DNA of 63,170 nt, filler included, from Choristocarpus tenellus KU-1152 (Eukaryota > Protista > Phaeophyceae): assembly GCA_964200185.2 (NCBI GenBank). It is 15 parts of 15 records of this genome, joined end to end, with 100 filler letters (N's around TTAATTAATTAA, not from the genome) between each part and the next. Parts side by side here need not be neighbours in the genome. Positions count along the whole stretch, not along the records: positions 60,399 to 63,170 come from CAXNAD020024883.1; 14 more parts are not named here. One strand, given 5' to 3'. The stretch's first letter is position 1. Each line of letters starts with the position of its first letter. Positions 62,749-63,170 of this stretch are shown here, one piece after another. A program made the position numbers and the translations under genes. Below the pieces are notes generated by a model that searched no databases, was not told the DNA's origin, and saw only the letters and a list, made by a program, of their open reading frames with translations.

Positions 62749-63170
62749 GTAAATCGCATTTTTTGTGAGGGGTGCACAGTGGAAAAACACACACACACGC
62801 ACGCACACACACACACACACACAATTTTTTGAAAAATTATATATATACTGCAATTTTTAATTATATTTCTCTGACACATGCATATTTTGCTCGTTCGTGC
62901 TTCGAAGATTTTTTTTTTTTGTGCGAACTCAGAAACGTATCATAATTTTTTTGTTTTTTTTTGTTTGCGGTGAATTTTTTCAAAAAATAAAAATCTCCGT
63001 TATGAACGGTCCCCACGGCATGTAATTATTTTTATTTTTAATATTATACTTACTTACTTAATTTAATTTATTTATTGTTTTTTTCAAGTCGGTGCCTTCC
63101 CGTTGTCCTCAGGTAAGTGTACGATATTCCTAACTCTCCGCCCCCCACCTCCCTCCCCCCCGAAAAAAAA

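Noticed and set aside
1-63170. Gene cluster (DIS3, dapA, OTU1, typA, ATP-grasp) as a functional system
   Set aside because: The genes lie on separate contigs joined artificially; only typA and the NadD-like gene are truly adjacent.

Overview
This is not one locus. It is 15 short eukaryotic contigs (about 3-6 kb) joined by 14 identical 100-nt linkers (N44-TTAATTAATTAA-N44, stops in all six frames), so neighbourhood across linkers means nothing. The DNA is intron-rich (GT-AG, exons about 50-420 nt, introns mostly 0.2-2 kb), carries many short TTAGGG arrays and includes a plastid-lineage gene (DUF3326). That fits a photosynthetic stramenopile such as a brown alga (inference only). By hand-splicing, with exon phases checked, I recover partial genes for a DIS3/RRP44-family exoribonuclease, DHDPS (dapA), DUF3326, an MLO-like membrane protein, an OTU1/YOD1 deubiquitinase, TypA/BipA head-to-head with a NadD-like adenylyltransferase, and an ATP-grasp ligase. 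Much of the rest is transposon-derived: a multi-intron Sola-like (DUF7869-type) DDD transposase plus two further relics, at least three MITE families with related G(A/G)nnnAAA termini and mixed 3-/4-bp TSDs, a DD39D mariner relic, and Ty3/gypsy, copia and non-LTR relics. The best candidates for something undescribed are (i) the Sola-like transposase/MITE system and (ii) telomere-repeat patches that replace ACCCT/AGGGT seeds inside individual repeat copies. No CRISPR array, rRNA or tRNA was found. Most ORFs in the supplied track are spurious. Family assignments rest on motif recognition from memory, not database searches.
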